Shown: positions 13,801 through 28,800 of the stretch, one piece after another
Layout of the letters: each line of letters starts with the position of its first letter
How positions within the stretch are numbered: position 1 is the first letter of the stretch
The notes under the pieces: generated by a model
The model's database searches: none
What the model saw: the letters and a program-made list of their open reading frames with translations, nothing else
What the model was told of the DNA's origin: nothing
Program-made: the position numbers and the translations under genes
Origin: Phoronis australis
Lineage: Eukaryota; Animalia; Phoronida
Direction: 5' to 3'
Assembly: GCA_002633005.1 (NCBI GenBank)
Contig: NMRA01000646.1
Coordinates: 124,001 to 188,000, forward strand
Length of the DNA stretch: 64,000 nt

Positions 13801-16800
13801 TTTGTGAAAGGCATAGCCAACACCTTTGATATAGCACCTGACAAAACTCGGGTAGGCATTGTCACTTATGACTACTACGTCAACCCACAGTTTGAGTTGA
13901 AAACGCATTCAACGAAAGCGGACCTAATGGCTGCCATCGACAAGATCAAGTTCACCGGGTACGTAGCTCTGTTTTATGATGTAATATACATTCCAATAAG
14001 TATAGTGCGGGGTGATGATGTTTAAGTTTTTATTATCTGGTGATCATTTATTTATGAAATTCACTGAACGTTGAGCATTGATAACATACTCTGGGATATT
14101 TTTAGGGCCGTGGTCTGTTTCATTATGCCAGTATGTTGGCTCGCCACGGCTCAACTGGCGTGCTAAATTTGTGTCGGCGATCACACCTTATATTGTCTTG
14201 CTGTGAATAATTGCGTACAAATGACCAAAACAACAAACTCGATGCAAGAAAGTCTTTGGAGATCTATCATACTGTAATAATAAAGATTCAAACTGTTGAG
14301 ACACGTGATTGCAGTTTTGCATCCAGATACATCACTAGTCCCTAACCGAAATAGCAGATGAAATTAGTTGCATTAAAAAAAGCAATGTGGTGAGACATTG
14401 TTTGCTTAACTAACAAACCTGTTTTACTGGCTTTGTCTAGCAAAACTTAGTATATAAGAAGTTAAATGTTTGCCTTTGTCTTGTGGACAATGTGGAGGCG
14501 AAGAGGATTGCTCATGAGTCACATGATAATTTTGGATGTCAAGCTGTGAATTATGTAACATTTAGTTTAATGTTTCAGATACACGACTGAGACTGGTGCA
14601 GCGTTGAAACACATGAGGACTAATAGCTTTAGCACTGCCAATGGTGACCGGCCAGGTGTACCTAACATTGGTATTGTGATCACTGATGGCAAGTCAACCA
14701 ACAGGCAAGAGACTCTGAAGGAAGCGCAGGAGGCCATTGATGCTGGCATCAAGATGTTTGCCATTGGTGAGTAGAGTTCTGTAGTGATGTATACGGTTTT
14801 AAGTGTTTAATAATTTTCACAACCTTAAATACTATATCACCTATCTCTTACTAATACATACACGATGTATAAACTGTAAACGTTTTTATGACATCCGTGT
14901 GTTCTGTTTGTTTCAAATTTAATTAGGAAAATAAACTATTAAAAGTAGATCACTGCAGATGATACAAATATTAACATGAGTATGATTACTAAGATATTTT
15001 GAATAGTAAATGAAAATTTGATGAATATATAATTGTTCGTAAAACTCAAAAAACAGATTGGTAAACAGCATTTTGAAACTGATGGTGGGTCTCTAATTGT
15101 TTCTTACGGAATACCTTTTCTACTAATCTCAGCCACACTAGAAGACCTGTGGATGTTTGCAAGCCAATTTTTATTTCCATTTATTTATTGAATAATCCCA
15201 GTTTTAGACTACCACGAAAGAATAATTAATAGATTTTAAGAAAATCTAATAATTTGTAAAAGTCGAGCGTAATTTTCACTTCACATGTACCATTTGTCTC
15301 TGTGTCTCTATATGCAGGTGTTGGTCAAGGGGCTGACGTCACTGAGCTCAAGGCCATGGCTAGCGATCCTAACAGCAAGTACATGTTTGAAGTGGACAAT
15401 TATGAGTCACTTAAGAACATCCAGAAGACATTTTCCCAAACAGCGTGTGAAGGTAAACAAACTATTTCAAATAATTAACTGATGTCACTTTTTTCACATA
15501 ACTTTAGAATTTCCATATGACGGTTTATAATTGATGTCCTGAATATTTTTTGTCTGTCATTATTGCAAAGTCAAAGATGTGAAGTTATCATAGTTTTGGT
15601 AATTAAAAGTTATCTTAGTTCTTGTAAAGTTATCCTAGTTTTTTGGTTCCTAATTGTGTATGGCTTTGCTTTACAAAAAGGATGAGAGCAAATTTATATA
15701 AAACTGACATAGAAATTTTACCCTGTTCTCTTGATAGAAATAATAGGGTTTAGTTATGTTTGTTGAGGGTCTTGGAACTTACAATCATGGTCTTCAACGT
15801 TTATTTATTTATGTTTGTTGTTTCAGTTACAACCAGCATTGTCTCACCTCCCAGGCCAACAGCAGCACCAGGTATTCTTTTGATAATTGAATAATGTGGC
15901 TACATTATTTTAAAGCTGCTAGTAACCAAGATTTAATTTTGGCATTTTTGTTCCACAAATTTGATATAAGCCTCCATTTGATATTGATTAAACAGAGAGT
16001 ATTCAGTAGAAGTCAGTTACATGTGTTCGTGTCACAGTAGTGAAAGTGATTGGCTTAGGGTGTTTGTGTCAGAAACACACTGAAGAAGGGAAGATTGTTC
16101 AAGTGCTATGTCCTCCTGTGTTGGTGTAGAACTGAAGAGATGCAGGTGTAAGACAAGGTTTACATAGCAAGTGCGCAGTAATCCACCACACAGATGGTTG
16201 TATGCCGGCGTAAGATCAGTTCTGGTTTCCCTGACGATACGTCCAGCTCATAGGTCTGTTGTGATAGCCATTTGGCTGCGCTCTACTTGTTTATCATATG
16301 GTGCCGTGTTTGTCACGATTATATTAACAAGAAAAGCTGCGGTATATCCTTGACTATGACTGCTCCACCTCCCAGATCGTTCTATCCTCAAGTTCCCTTG
16401 TACAGTTCCATTGTATTGTACATTTTCTCAATCTACCGTAGGTTGCAACGCCCGCGCCGACATCGCCTTCATCCTCGATTCATCGGGAAGTGTTGGACCC
16501 GAATCATTCAGCAAAATGTTGGACTTTGTTCAGGAAATTGTTGGCGCATTCGAAATTGGTGCCGATAAAGTTCAAGTGGGTGTCGTTCGCTACAACAATG
16601 CCCCCTATCTGCAGTTTTACCTGGACAAGTACAGCGACAAATCAAACTTGTTGACTGCTATTGACAATGTGCGGTACACAGGTCAGTGTCCTAGCAGGAC
16701 ATGTTTTTCATTGTGAGGCGTTTGTTAAGTTTTTTTGATTTTATTGAAAGAATTGTTAGCTGTTTTTAATTACACGTAATTTTGGAGTGTAAATGGTGTT

Positions 16801-19800
16801 CTAAGGTTGCTTACTGTTTGAAACTTGCTATTTGAAACTTTTCACAGGTTCTGAAATAGATGTTACCTTTTCCCAGTATTTTTACATGATTGTTGAGATT
16901 TTGCATATTTTTACATGCCAGTGACTGCATTATTCAAAATTCAGAAAATTCCATTGTATTTATCGAAAAACACTTCTCCATAATTTTGTGTATTGTACAC
17001 CACTTGTGCCATTTACAATTGAGCTTGCTATTTGGTATCTTGCTTCTTCTCCAATAGGTGGCGGTACTTCCACTGGAGAAGCCATCAAATACACCAGAGA
17101 AAAGGTCTTTGCAAAGGGCAATGGTAACCGTGACAACGTTATTGATCTTGCTGTGGTCATCACCGATGGAACATCCCAAAATGTTGGCCTGTCAAAGTCT
17201 GAGGCTCAGCTTGCCAAAAATGCTGGCATTGAGATGTTCGCTGTTGGTGTTGGTGGTGGAGTGAACATGGTTGAATTGAACGCCATTGGCAGCGACCCCG
17301 ACAAAGATCACGTGTTCCCAGTCAGCAACTTCGACGGACTGTCAGCCATTAAACAGACGTTGACGAGGAAGCTTTGTGATGGTGAGCTGAAATTCGCAGT
17401 TAATTAGAAAACAGACACTGCGCATGCTTGTTGGAGTTTAATTACGAAATATTTATGCTTTGTCACTGCATACTAGCTCCAGATTTCATTGTCTGCTAAT
17501 ACAAACAACTTGAAAGTGATTAATTGAGGTTTTAGCCATCAGTTTCTGAAGTTATTTTTGATAAATGATACCATAGTCTTTGAAAATTGTTTATATTCAA
17601 GATCTTTCTTTACAAATAGTAGAAAAACTCCAACACCCCAGTACCCCTCACAGACTCAAAAAAGAACAATATTGGATAGACAAGCTCAATACAATAGAAC
17701 CTCATGGATTGAACATAAAAAAAACTTCTTAAAATATGTCATTGAATTTTTTACACACAAATGTATCATATTCATTACACTCTATCTTAAATGTCAATTG
17801 TCATATAGTGTTTGATTTTACTTTATCTCTGTTTATGTTGACAAAGGACGTTATTACATCCGAAGATTTCAGTTGATCCATTCTTGTTGTTTTTATTTAC
17901 CTATTTATCTTCAGTGAAATTTATCCCGACTACTCCGAAACCACCAACCACTCGTCTGCCAGATCCTTGTAAGGACATACTCCCCAACTGTAAAGACTAT
18001 GACAAGCCTGCTGCCTGTTCTGGTCCCTATAAAGGCTGGGCTGAAGTCAATTGTGCTAGATACTGTGGCTTCTGCAAACGTGAGTAAATATAACGATTAA
18101 TACATAAGTTTGATATTGTTGATGTTGAATTTTGTTTCATATTTGGACATGTTGTTTTGATATTTCCTAAATCTCTCTCACTTGTTGCAGCAGTTGTGTC
18201 TAGGACTTTTCACTAAAATTTTTTAATGTTTACCAAAGACTTTGAAATGAGCACAGAACATTTCCGTTCTGCATTTGGCAGAGGCTGAATAGATATGACC
18301 TAGTCAAGTTTTGTTTAAGAAATTACATATTAGTATCTCTAGCCTATTCTACAATAAAATCAACATTCTCCACAGCCTGGATAACAGGTGTCGCTGAAAA
18401 GGAATTCAACACCAGTTTGGTGTACACATTTGAAACATGGATAAATATCTCTTTAGTTGAGGTAATGGTAGACAATGGTCACTGCTGAGGTAGCACTCAG
18501 ATGAAAGTTTACGATGAGTTAGGAATTTCTGTTGTGGAGAGCACTGATAATATCCATGTAGGATCCACGTGCATGTATTTCTGTTGTGGAGAGCACTGAT
18601 AATATCCATGTAGGATCCACGTGCATGTATTTCTGTTGTGGAGAGCACTGATAATATCCATGTAGGATCCACATGCATGTATTTTCCACATTTCAGCCCT
18701 TTACCCTGAGACCATCCCGCCGTGCAAGGACGTACTGAGCAATTGTGCAGACTTCCCTTACAGCGTCTGCTCTGATTCCGCCACTCTGAAATGGTCCAAG
18801 GCAAACTGCAGGAAATTCTGTGGATTCTGCGGTTTGACAATCACTACAGGCTTCTGTGAGTGCCATGTTTAGATATATCAATCCTGCAGTTAGTTGTGGT
18901 AATCTTTTCAATATTTACCTCTCTTTAGCTCGTCTACAACTGATCAACAGCGTACTGTTAAAAATGAATGACTACGTGATGTGCAACTCATCATCTCTAC
19001 AGTCGCGAACACTAGTTTTTGCCTTACTGTAAAAATGTCAGTTGTGGACATGACGCACCATGCATTCTGCCAAGTAAATACTCCTAGTTTTTGCACTTGG
19101 GCAACTGATGGCATGACTGATAAGTTGCGTTCATAAATTCCACCCCCACTCACCTGGATCACCTGCAAACAGCCCTTAGTGTTTCCAATACAACAAACCT
19201 AATCAGATGGAAATGATTACAGCTCCACCACTTTCTAACAAAGATTTTCACTCTCAATTAACTAAGACATGCCTTGAATTGCTACTGTGCTGGAGCTGTC
19301 TCCAAAATTCCTAAGAGACCGTACTGGGTACTAAGCACCTCGCCTAGCCTAGTCTTGGTGTAGCCAGGTCTGTAAACGCTATTCCCATGTCATGGGGGTG
19401 TTGTTGCTCTGGTTATGTTGGTATCCGTATTGTTGCAGATGGCAAATGTCACTACAAGGGCGAGGAGTACAAAGAGGGCGAGACATGGCAAGATGGCTGT
19501 GACTATACCTGTGTGTGTGAAGATGGCAAAATTGGTGCTTACAGGTGTTATAGCAAGTAAGTCTCACCTGTGACGAGGCCATGTGCAAAGGTGTTATTTG
19601 AATTCCGTTGATGATGTATGGTTACAGCAGAACTAGAATCTTCAGATATCTGTTATATAATATTTTGAGGCTTGTTCTTCAGTTGTATCATAAAATTAAC
19701 CTTTTACTGTTATTGTCATGGCATCATTTTGTGATGGTGGTACCATCATTGCCTGTTGCCAGTTTTTCATGACCCATGTCTTATTTTTGGGAACTGGAGT

Positions 19801-22800
19801 AGACTTAATGTTAAAAAAATAACTATGTTTGGTCCTCTATTAAGCCAAGACTGTTCAGGCACTGTTGGTCCGAGTCAGTATTTCATTGATTTGTTTACAT
19901 ATAATGAATAATCTACTTTGAAATGTACTTCAGTCAAAATGTTTTCGATGTCAATGGAATAGACACATTATAAATTATCCACGCAGAATTAGTTACAGCG
20001 ATTTTCAGGAAAATGATGATTCGTTTTTCAGATGCCCAGTCTATTACGACCTGCCTGAACAGTGCACCCTGGTGTCTGTTCCTGGCGAATGCTGTAAGAA
20101 GCCAGTGTGTGACTTTGGCTCCAAGATCACCACCACTACAGGCACTGGGTCAGGCTCTGTTGATGGCGTAGGTGGGTGTAGGGTGAAATTGAAGACATTT
20201 TGGAGTTTGAGAGAGCGACTAGTCCACATTGTGGCTTAGACATTTGTGGATGGTTGTAAATTGTGGGTGCTGTTCACACGCAATTGGCCTTTTGAAATTG
20301 AAATGCAAGGTCAGTGAAAGTAGTTCTTTGTGAATCCTGTTCTTGGCCATAAAGCTGTCTCAGTTGGACTGTGTAACTACTAAACACAGCTTAACAAAGG
20401 GTTTATAGTCCTGGTTGAGAAGATAATAATTTTATTATCCCCTATGTATTCTGATTAGCCAATCCCAGAATGAAGACACGTAGGCTAAAGTATTATGTGT
20501 TACTTGATCTGTTGCAGATGTCTGTGTATACAAGAAGCAGAACTATAACCAAGGTCAAACATGGCGTGACGGCTGCGACCAACAGTGCACATGTTTGGAT
20601 GCCAAGAAGGGATACTACGAGTGTCAGACTCTGTAAGGACAAGCGACTGAGATATACAAGACCTCTTCACAATATTCATTAACAAATTCATGTGGGCGCT
20701 ATCACAACAATGGAGTGTAAAAGTTTTTTATTGGAAGCTTGACTTATGTTTTATTGTGAAATTGAACGAAACATTTATGCTTCGAGTTTGAATTTAATCT
20801 TTATGTGAATATTTACTTTTAGAATCTCAAAAAGTGTAACTTGATCTGTATTCTAGGGGATGAGGATGACTGGACACATTTTTTATCTAAATAAAATTGT
20901 GGTGCTCATAGTCTGCCATTAAGCTGTAGTTTTTAAATTACGTGATGCTTTCATGACAACGACTGTTTATTTTTTGGTTCAAATCGTGTAAACGCAAAAT
21001 CTGTTGGGTTTCTCATACCTGCAGGTTACTGAATTCTTACTGCAAGCAAATAGTGAATTAAACTGCTGTTTGCTTGTTTTACTTACAAGTGAAAAAAACT
21101 CGTTTTTACAGTTGTGCCACCTACTCTAACCTTCCAAAGGATTGCAAGTTGAGGAAACTCCCTGGGGAGTGTTGTGCCAAACCTGTATGTGAATGGACGA
21201 CAACCACAGGAACTGTCACTGGAAAGGGTAGTACCACTGGGACCTCTTCAGGTAAAGGTTGGACCAATGTGAGGTGTAGTAATGGGCGGGGTTTCATTTT
21301 GATTAATAAACCGAAACGTTGGATATGGTGGGCATGTCAATCTTCAAGCTTGGCTTATGATTAGACTCTTGGTACTATCTTGGCCAAAAAGCAATATCCT
21401 CAAATTCGGACAAAAATTGTCACCAAAAATGGATTTTTTTCATCTTTCAAATGCTCACTGTTTTAACAGAAATGTTTAAAATCTCATCACGATACTTTAT
21501 AAAGTTTTTAGATACAGGTAAAATTATCTTCTCGTTTACTTTTGTTGAAAATTTTGGCAAAATTAGATTTCACTATTCTGCAGTATTGGGCTGTAATTTG
21601 AAAAATTTTCCCGTGATTATGTGTTGGTAGTCGTCAGTTGCTTTGTCAGCTCATGAAAACCTAAATGTGTAATTAATCCAGTTCTTGATCTTCTCTTCTG
21701 GTGCTGGTTCTTATAAGTGCTTTGTGTAATCCAAATGCCATTTGAACATTGTTTCGTTAACCAATTCTTCAGATATTTAGCTCCCAAGTGTTTATAATTG
21801 TAGGCAGAAATGTTCAAGTTACATAATTGCAAAAATGATCGTGGTGTGTCGATGTTCACTTTCCCTGTAGTTGTGAAACCAACACCGACGCCACCTTGTG
21901 CTGATTCTATTGACGACTGTGATGCCTATAGCAAGGATGTGTGTGTGGGAGAGTACAGAGGATGGGCCATTGACAACTGTAGAAAGCACTGCGGCTATTG
22001 CGGTATGTTATCCTCTACTTCATTTAAAATTTTCCACCGTCTCTAGTAAACCTCTTTTAACAATTATATATTATGAGTTTTCCACCGTCTCTAGTAAACC
22101 TCTTTTAACAATTATATATTATGAGTTTAGTTGCCAAAAAGTTGACATGCGATGTTGTTTACTGTAAAGTTTTCTTTTGGAAATTTATTATATGTGGTTA
22201 GGAGAACAAAATTATCTTGGTTGCACTTTGTGGACTCCTCGTCACATAAAATGGTATAAACAATGTATTACATGACCATTAAGTCATCAATTTGGAAGAA
22301 AACAGAGTGAGCCGAAATTCAAAATGGCGGCATCTGCCATCTTGAATTGCAGAAAATGCTCAAAGCTGTACAAAGTGTAACCAAGCTAATTTTGTTCTCC
22401 TGGTCATATTCAATATTTCTAAACAAAAAAACTTTACAGTGATCAACACAGCAGGGTTCACTGTGGGGGCTATTGAGCCGGCAACTGGACTATATACTAG
22501 ATAGGTACAGCATATTCTTACAAATAACCTTGTGATGCGGCCATAATTAATTAATGTAACTTTCTAAACGAATATGCAATTGATACCCATAACAAATACA
22601 TAATATGAGAAACTTACTTTGCATTAGGCACACGCTGATTAGGTTTAGGACTGGATAGCAGGAAACTGACGCATGTGCTATGGACAAGGGCAAGCTCTGC
22701 TCAGATATGGCAAGCCCTGGAAGATACCATTAATACACGATTCTTGGGGTCTGTTTGTTGATAGTGACTTAAGACTTAAAATTTCAGTTTTTGAGAAAAG

Positions 22801-25800
22801 TTATGTTAAGTAATTATCAAAGCATCACAGTATGTAAATAATTTATGGGAATTATCTCATATTTCTCACTTTTGTTTGTTGAGATTTAATTAGTTTTCTG
22901 AAATAGTCGTTTGGTAGCATAAGACCAAATGTCTGACTTAAGGCTTGGGTCACTTTTCATGAAACAGAACCCTGTACAGGATACGACAAAACACCATTGG
23001 CCGCTGTACCAATTGTAACAGATATTTGCTGTCGCTTGTAACAGGAAGAAGGACAGCTGTTCAATACCTATAACCTAGTTTTCGAAACTTATAGTTTGTC
23101 TATAGATGCAACCTTCCATAACAAAGCTGACGTGTCTATGTTTTGGGTATGAACAGTTAACTTTGGCCTTGGATTGAAGTTAACAATTGTGAACGCCATC
23201 TTATTTTGATGACCTGGAGGTGAAACTGCAGTTACAAAGGTGTTGGCAAACTTCTTATGCCCATCTGGCTGTTTAAATCGACATTCCTTAGGTATGAGAG
23301 TTAAGTTGGCGCGAAACGGCCTTACATTCTGATTTGTCAAGATCGACCGCTACGATAGATTTAGTGTACGTTTGTTCAACATGGCCTTTTTCATTTCAGA
23401 CCTGAAGCCTACCCCCGGTACTGGAGGTAAGTCTTCATACAGTCAAGAAGTGCTGGAAATACTCTCGTTTAAAATTGTAAAGTTTTGCTGAAAAAATCTG
23501 CTCCCATTATTGGGGTAGGTCTTGTGTAAGTCGGTCAAAGTTATAGATTATAATGAATTGATAATGGATACAAAGAGATTAGTTTGTCATACATTGTTTT
23601 TGATTTTTCTGAGCATTTCTCTGTAATGAGTTATATGCTTTGTGTGTTATGCAGAATTTGTGTAACAGAAAACTTGCTCCCGAAGTACAGTCAGTTTGTG
23701 TGTTATACAGACAGTCTGTCATTTCAAATCATTTCTCTGTAATGAGTTATATGCTTTGTGTGTTATACAGACAGTCTATCATTTCAAATCATTACACATA
23801 ACCAATATTTTTCAAAAATGATCTCGTACACGCAACAACAGTTTTTAATCGTGATAGTCCCACATCTTAAGAAAATCATTCTCACGTAACCAGCATAGAT
23901 AAAACACAAATTCTTGTCACTTCTGTTTTGGCTCATTGTTGCTTCCGATTCCATATTTTGTACTGTATAGGTTTAACTGCTTTTCTGTTCTATTCCTGCT
24001 TTTGTTATTACTCTCTGCTTATTTTCTGTGTTTACATCTCAGAGCTGGTTATTTTAGAAGATGTCTTAAGCTGTGGAATGGTTCCCATGAAACATGACAT
24101 GATTAAAAATGGTTGTTGTAGAAATGATTGCTGTTTTTATTTAAGCACATGATCAATACGTTTTAGCATGACATGCATTTAACTGCATGAGATGGGTAAT
24201 TTCTAGCCAAATTACACGAATTTCAGTGTGTTTTACTACAGAACTGGTTTTGTTGTAGACAAGTGTATCTATAAGGGAGTCACATACTCCGAAGGGGAAA
24301 CATGGAGAGATGGCTGCAGCGAATGTGTGTGCGATGACGCTGTGGTTGGTTACTACAGATGCTCAGACAAGTAAGGCAGTACAGTGCACTAGTGTATCCG
24401 CATTGGAGCAACATTTGTTTTAACATCCTGTAAATCTGCTTTCTGATATATAAACTAACTTTTGATTTAGACCAGTGGCCACATGTTGTAAACATCTTCT
24501 TTGAGCTAGATAAGGATGGATTTTGAGGAATCTTCTGAATTTTTCTGATGTTACATGGTCAGCCTGACCTGTTCTACGCTTATTCCAGTCTCACTAGGGG
24601 TGCTAGACATCAGTAGAGTGACTGTTAACTAGGTCACATAGTGAGAGTAATTACTGTCTCTTATCTGATAATTTCTAAATCGAAGGCTTGAAAGCATCCA
24701 AGCTCTGTTTTTCTTTTTGGGACGTGGAAACTAATGGAAAAGATAAAATCTGAATAGAGGAGTAGAAACAGGACTATGTCAGTTCTTGAATTTTCAAAAT
24801 TGGTCAAGTAATAGCGATCTTGTCAACAAAAACTCAAGCCTCGAGTTATTCATTGGTAAGTAATTTCTATCATGGCTTATCAGTTAATTATTCACATCAC
24901 TATCTCACAATAGAAGCTGTGCCTGTAAGAAAGTGGATAAAACCAGTTCTGAAGATGGGAACTCCTTTACAGGACATGCTTGTGACATAGGCTACAAACT
25001 GGTCTCAACTTTTACCTTACTTGGACGAAAATTGATTTCTGGGTTTGGAAAGATGACAATTCGTTATTGCTTGATATGCTCAGCATTTAAAAAGAACCTT
25101 CACTTGTGACGAGCCAACTTGTGGAGTATGTTCTCAAAGAATAGCGAGATATCACCCAGACGGAGAGTTAATAGTAAATGTTAACGAGTCATCAGGTTCA
25201 GTTGGCCAGTTGCCAATCCTGTTTCTTGGATGAGAGCAGATGAGAGTCTCTTGGCTCCCCTTGCATGTGTCGCTAATTCAGCGCAAGGGTTTGGGTAGGA
25301 TGTCTCTATTGTGTTATGTTTTATCAACAGCTGCCCAAGATATGTCAACCTGCCATCCCAGTGCAGGGAAGTCAAGAAGGGAGGAGACTGCTGCACCACG
25401 GTTAAATGTGACTTTGGCGAGTTTGTTGGCTCCAAGACTGGAACAGGCAAAATACCACAGATTGTGGTCGAGCCGGGTACCGGAGGTGTCAAGCCTACCT
25501 CTGGCACTGGTGGAGGGCCGACGCCAACCTCAACCACGGGCACTGGTAAACCACTGTTTGGTAAGCATGTGTAATTGGATACATTGAGTATGCTGCGTTC
25601 TTAACCTGATCAAGTGTTGAATTTTATTACAAGATGCGGTTGTTCATTTGATTTTTATTAGAAGCATTGACTACTAGTGTTTGCTGAGCTGCTGTCATGG
25701 GAGTGATGCCAAAGACTTAGAAGTAGGAACAGCAGCATCACTTGTGTGCAACAGTTTGGAAATGAAACTCTCCTCCAGTAGATGTCCTGGAGTGACACGA

Positions 25801-28800
25801 CCACTAACTACAATCAAAGTGGATTTCCAAGTTCTATCACCAATCAACGATGTTTTGAAGTGTTGACTGGGCACGTGTGAATAATTCTGCATTGCTTTAT
25901 CTTATTTGGCTGTGTCCGTATGCCTTTCAGAGGGCTGTGTGTACAAGGGTAAGCTATACATCGAACGCCAGAGGTGGCAGGATGGTTGTGACTACACATG
26001 TGTTTGCGAAGATGGAAAGACTGGAAAGTATCGGTGTAATTCGAGGTAACTTTTTTCTTAGCTCAATAGAATTGCAAACTTCAAAGACCTTCACAATTGT
26101 GGAGTGCAATTTTACATGTGTGCAGTGTGGTGTACTGAAAGGTTTGGTGACTATCAATGTGTTTATAAACTGACTAGTTGTTTAAAATTGAGGTATTCAG
26201 TTGAACGCATGGAGTTATTTGTATACTAAAGCTTCGTTATTTGCTATTGTTTAACTGAATGAAAAGCAGAATCAATACTAGATCGTGGTTTACAAATTTC
26301 TCCACCACGACAGAATCTTATTTCCGTCGCCACGAACAACAAATTACTTCCTTTATTATTGTTAGACAATTTCTATTGCTGGTTATCATTCAGTTCTAAC
26401 TGAATACTGATACCCTTGCTGTCATTGCAAGCAACACGTTCAAAGAAAGGTAAGCGTTATAATTGAACAAACAGTTTACTGTTTTATGGTGTCGTATTTA
26501 TTCCTCAGAGTGAAACCTGGGCTGCATTCTGTAAATGCGTGAAACTTGCGAAAACGCATGCGAGTTGCGAATCACATTATTACAAGTCTGGCTTTTCTTG
26601 CGTTCGTCTTGTTTCTGTGGAAGGCTCTCCATCTTTGTCCAATTGTTTCTTGTTTAACACCAGGTGTCCAACGTACGGAACGTTGCCAAAAGAATGTAAG
26701 ATGACGGAGAACCCCAACGATCCGTGTTGTCAACATCCAAAGTGTGAATTTACCGGCACTACAGGAACCGTAACCGGTGTCAAACCTGGTACATACAAGC
26801 CAGGTATAACCGGAACTGGTACAATAACGCCTGGAGTCACCCCAAAACCTGGCACTGGACCCACTCCGACACCAGGGCAGCCAGGCAAAATAGGTTTGTG
26901 CTTGGTGAAATTGAATAGGAATTTTCTGGTTAGAAGGATACTAAACCCTGTTTTGATAGTTTCCACCAGTTCTTGTGCTGTCACCTGCTAATGCACCATT
27001 GGTATCAATCTTGCAAGTTAATGGCAGGAATCAATTAAAAACTCACATTCCCTATGTCACAGATTGACCATTATGGCTCCTTGGTAGATAATCTTTTCTC
27101 ACCGTTGCCATGTTATTCGCTGAAAGCATGGGTTACGCTTGCCTGTTGAGCAGACTTTGAAAGTTTTCACATTTTCCTCCTAACTTATGAGGATCGTTGA
27201 GGGTTACCGAACTTTATTTTGTTTCAGAGAATTGGATGGTGAAAGTCATTAGTATTCTGTATAATTAATAGGAAGAAAAACTGGGTTTGATATTCTTTTA
27301 CGTTGGGCAGTTTAAGCACACTTTTGTTTGAGTTACTAGTGGTTTCATTGCTTCAGCAAGAAGTGGTGGAACCAATGAGGAAGGTAGCTGTGTGTAAGAT
27401 TGTTGAAGATTCGTCAATTTCCACCGGTAACAACAGTTTTATGGTATGATGTAGTAAGTACAGACGGACTGCTGTGGTCATGTGCCGTAAAGTGGTGCAC
27501 TTAAAATGTCCACCTGAGGAGGTGTAACAGAGTGTTGTACATCACCTGTTTTGTGTTGTATGTCTGTAGGCTTCTGTGTATACAATGGGAACCAATACAA
27601 ACAAGGCGATACTTGGAGGGACGGCTGTTCACTCGATTGTGAGTGCGTTGACGCCAACATTGGCTTCTACAGGTGTACCGACATGTAAGTACACAGTACA
27701 GTTGGAGGGACTAGCCATTAAGTAGCTGGTTGAATTTAGTTACTAACGTGGGTATATTAGACTAGACATTTTCATGTAGGTCCATGCAGCCTGGTGCAGA
27801 CACAGAACTTTGAATAAACTGCAGTCAGATGGTTTGTCACTTAAACTCAACGAGCCTGTGGATGGGCAACAAGTGTTTAGTGACAGTTGAATCTGTGAGG
27901 TCAAAACTGCCAAATCTATCATTATGGTATAAGGTTTGCCAAACTCTACATGAAAGGTCAATCTGTACTCATATGTCTGACACTAGTTCCCCCGCTTACT
28001 CATGAGAGCTTTCTCCTAGCTGTTCAATAATTTTACCAGACTATGCTGGTTTTCAACCTCTTGCTCCTCTGTTAATTGCTTAGTGCAGTATTTTGTCTGG
28101 TATGACAATGTGCAGGCCAATTATCTGCCAAGATTGAAAAAGTTACGGAAACAGTAATGCATTTGGACAGAATAGATTGTTTTAACTTCGGTTGTGGATG
28201 AGTGATTTTGGTGATTCAAAAATTAAACACAATCAGCATTTGACAAGGAATTCTGAATTGTAATTGGTTGATATTCAAACAGTTTATAACTCATCTTTTA
28301 TTTTTAACAGTACAGTCTAGTCAGGCTGGCCCTCCGTCCATAAACACAAAAATGGAGTTAATGAATCGAGCAAGATACTGACTCCATTGGTCAACTGGCC
28401 AACTTGTTTGTTAGCTATCTGATCGAACAAGTTGGGGACAATGGGGAAACGCGGTAATGCATATGTCTCTACTCATATGATGTTTCTGTTTGCAGCTGCC
28501 CCAGCTACACGAACCTTCCCCCTCAGTGTGTCCTTGTGGCCAGTACCACCGAGCCCTGCTGTAAGGAGCCCAAATGTACTTTCAACCCGACCACAGGGGG
28601 CTTTACTGGTAGGCCGGGCCCAAAGCCCACATCAAAGACTACTGTCCGTCCCACACCACCCAAGCCAGGTCTAGGTAAGAGTACCAATGATGGGTATTGT
28701 GATATTATGTCTCTGTCTTCAATGTGCTTAGAAATTCCAGTTCTTTCGTATATGTAAACATTTCTAGGAGTTGTTGGTTGATGTTTTATAGAGCACGGCG

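Noticed and set aside
23614-23793. Interleaved 40-60-bp local duplications
   Set aside because: Ordinary slippage-type intronic duplication with no coding or structural signal
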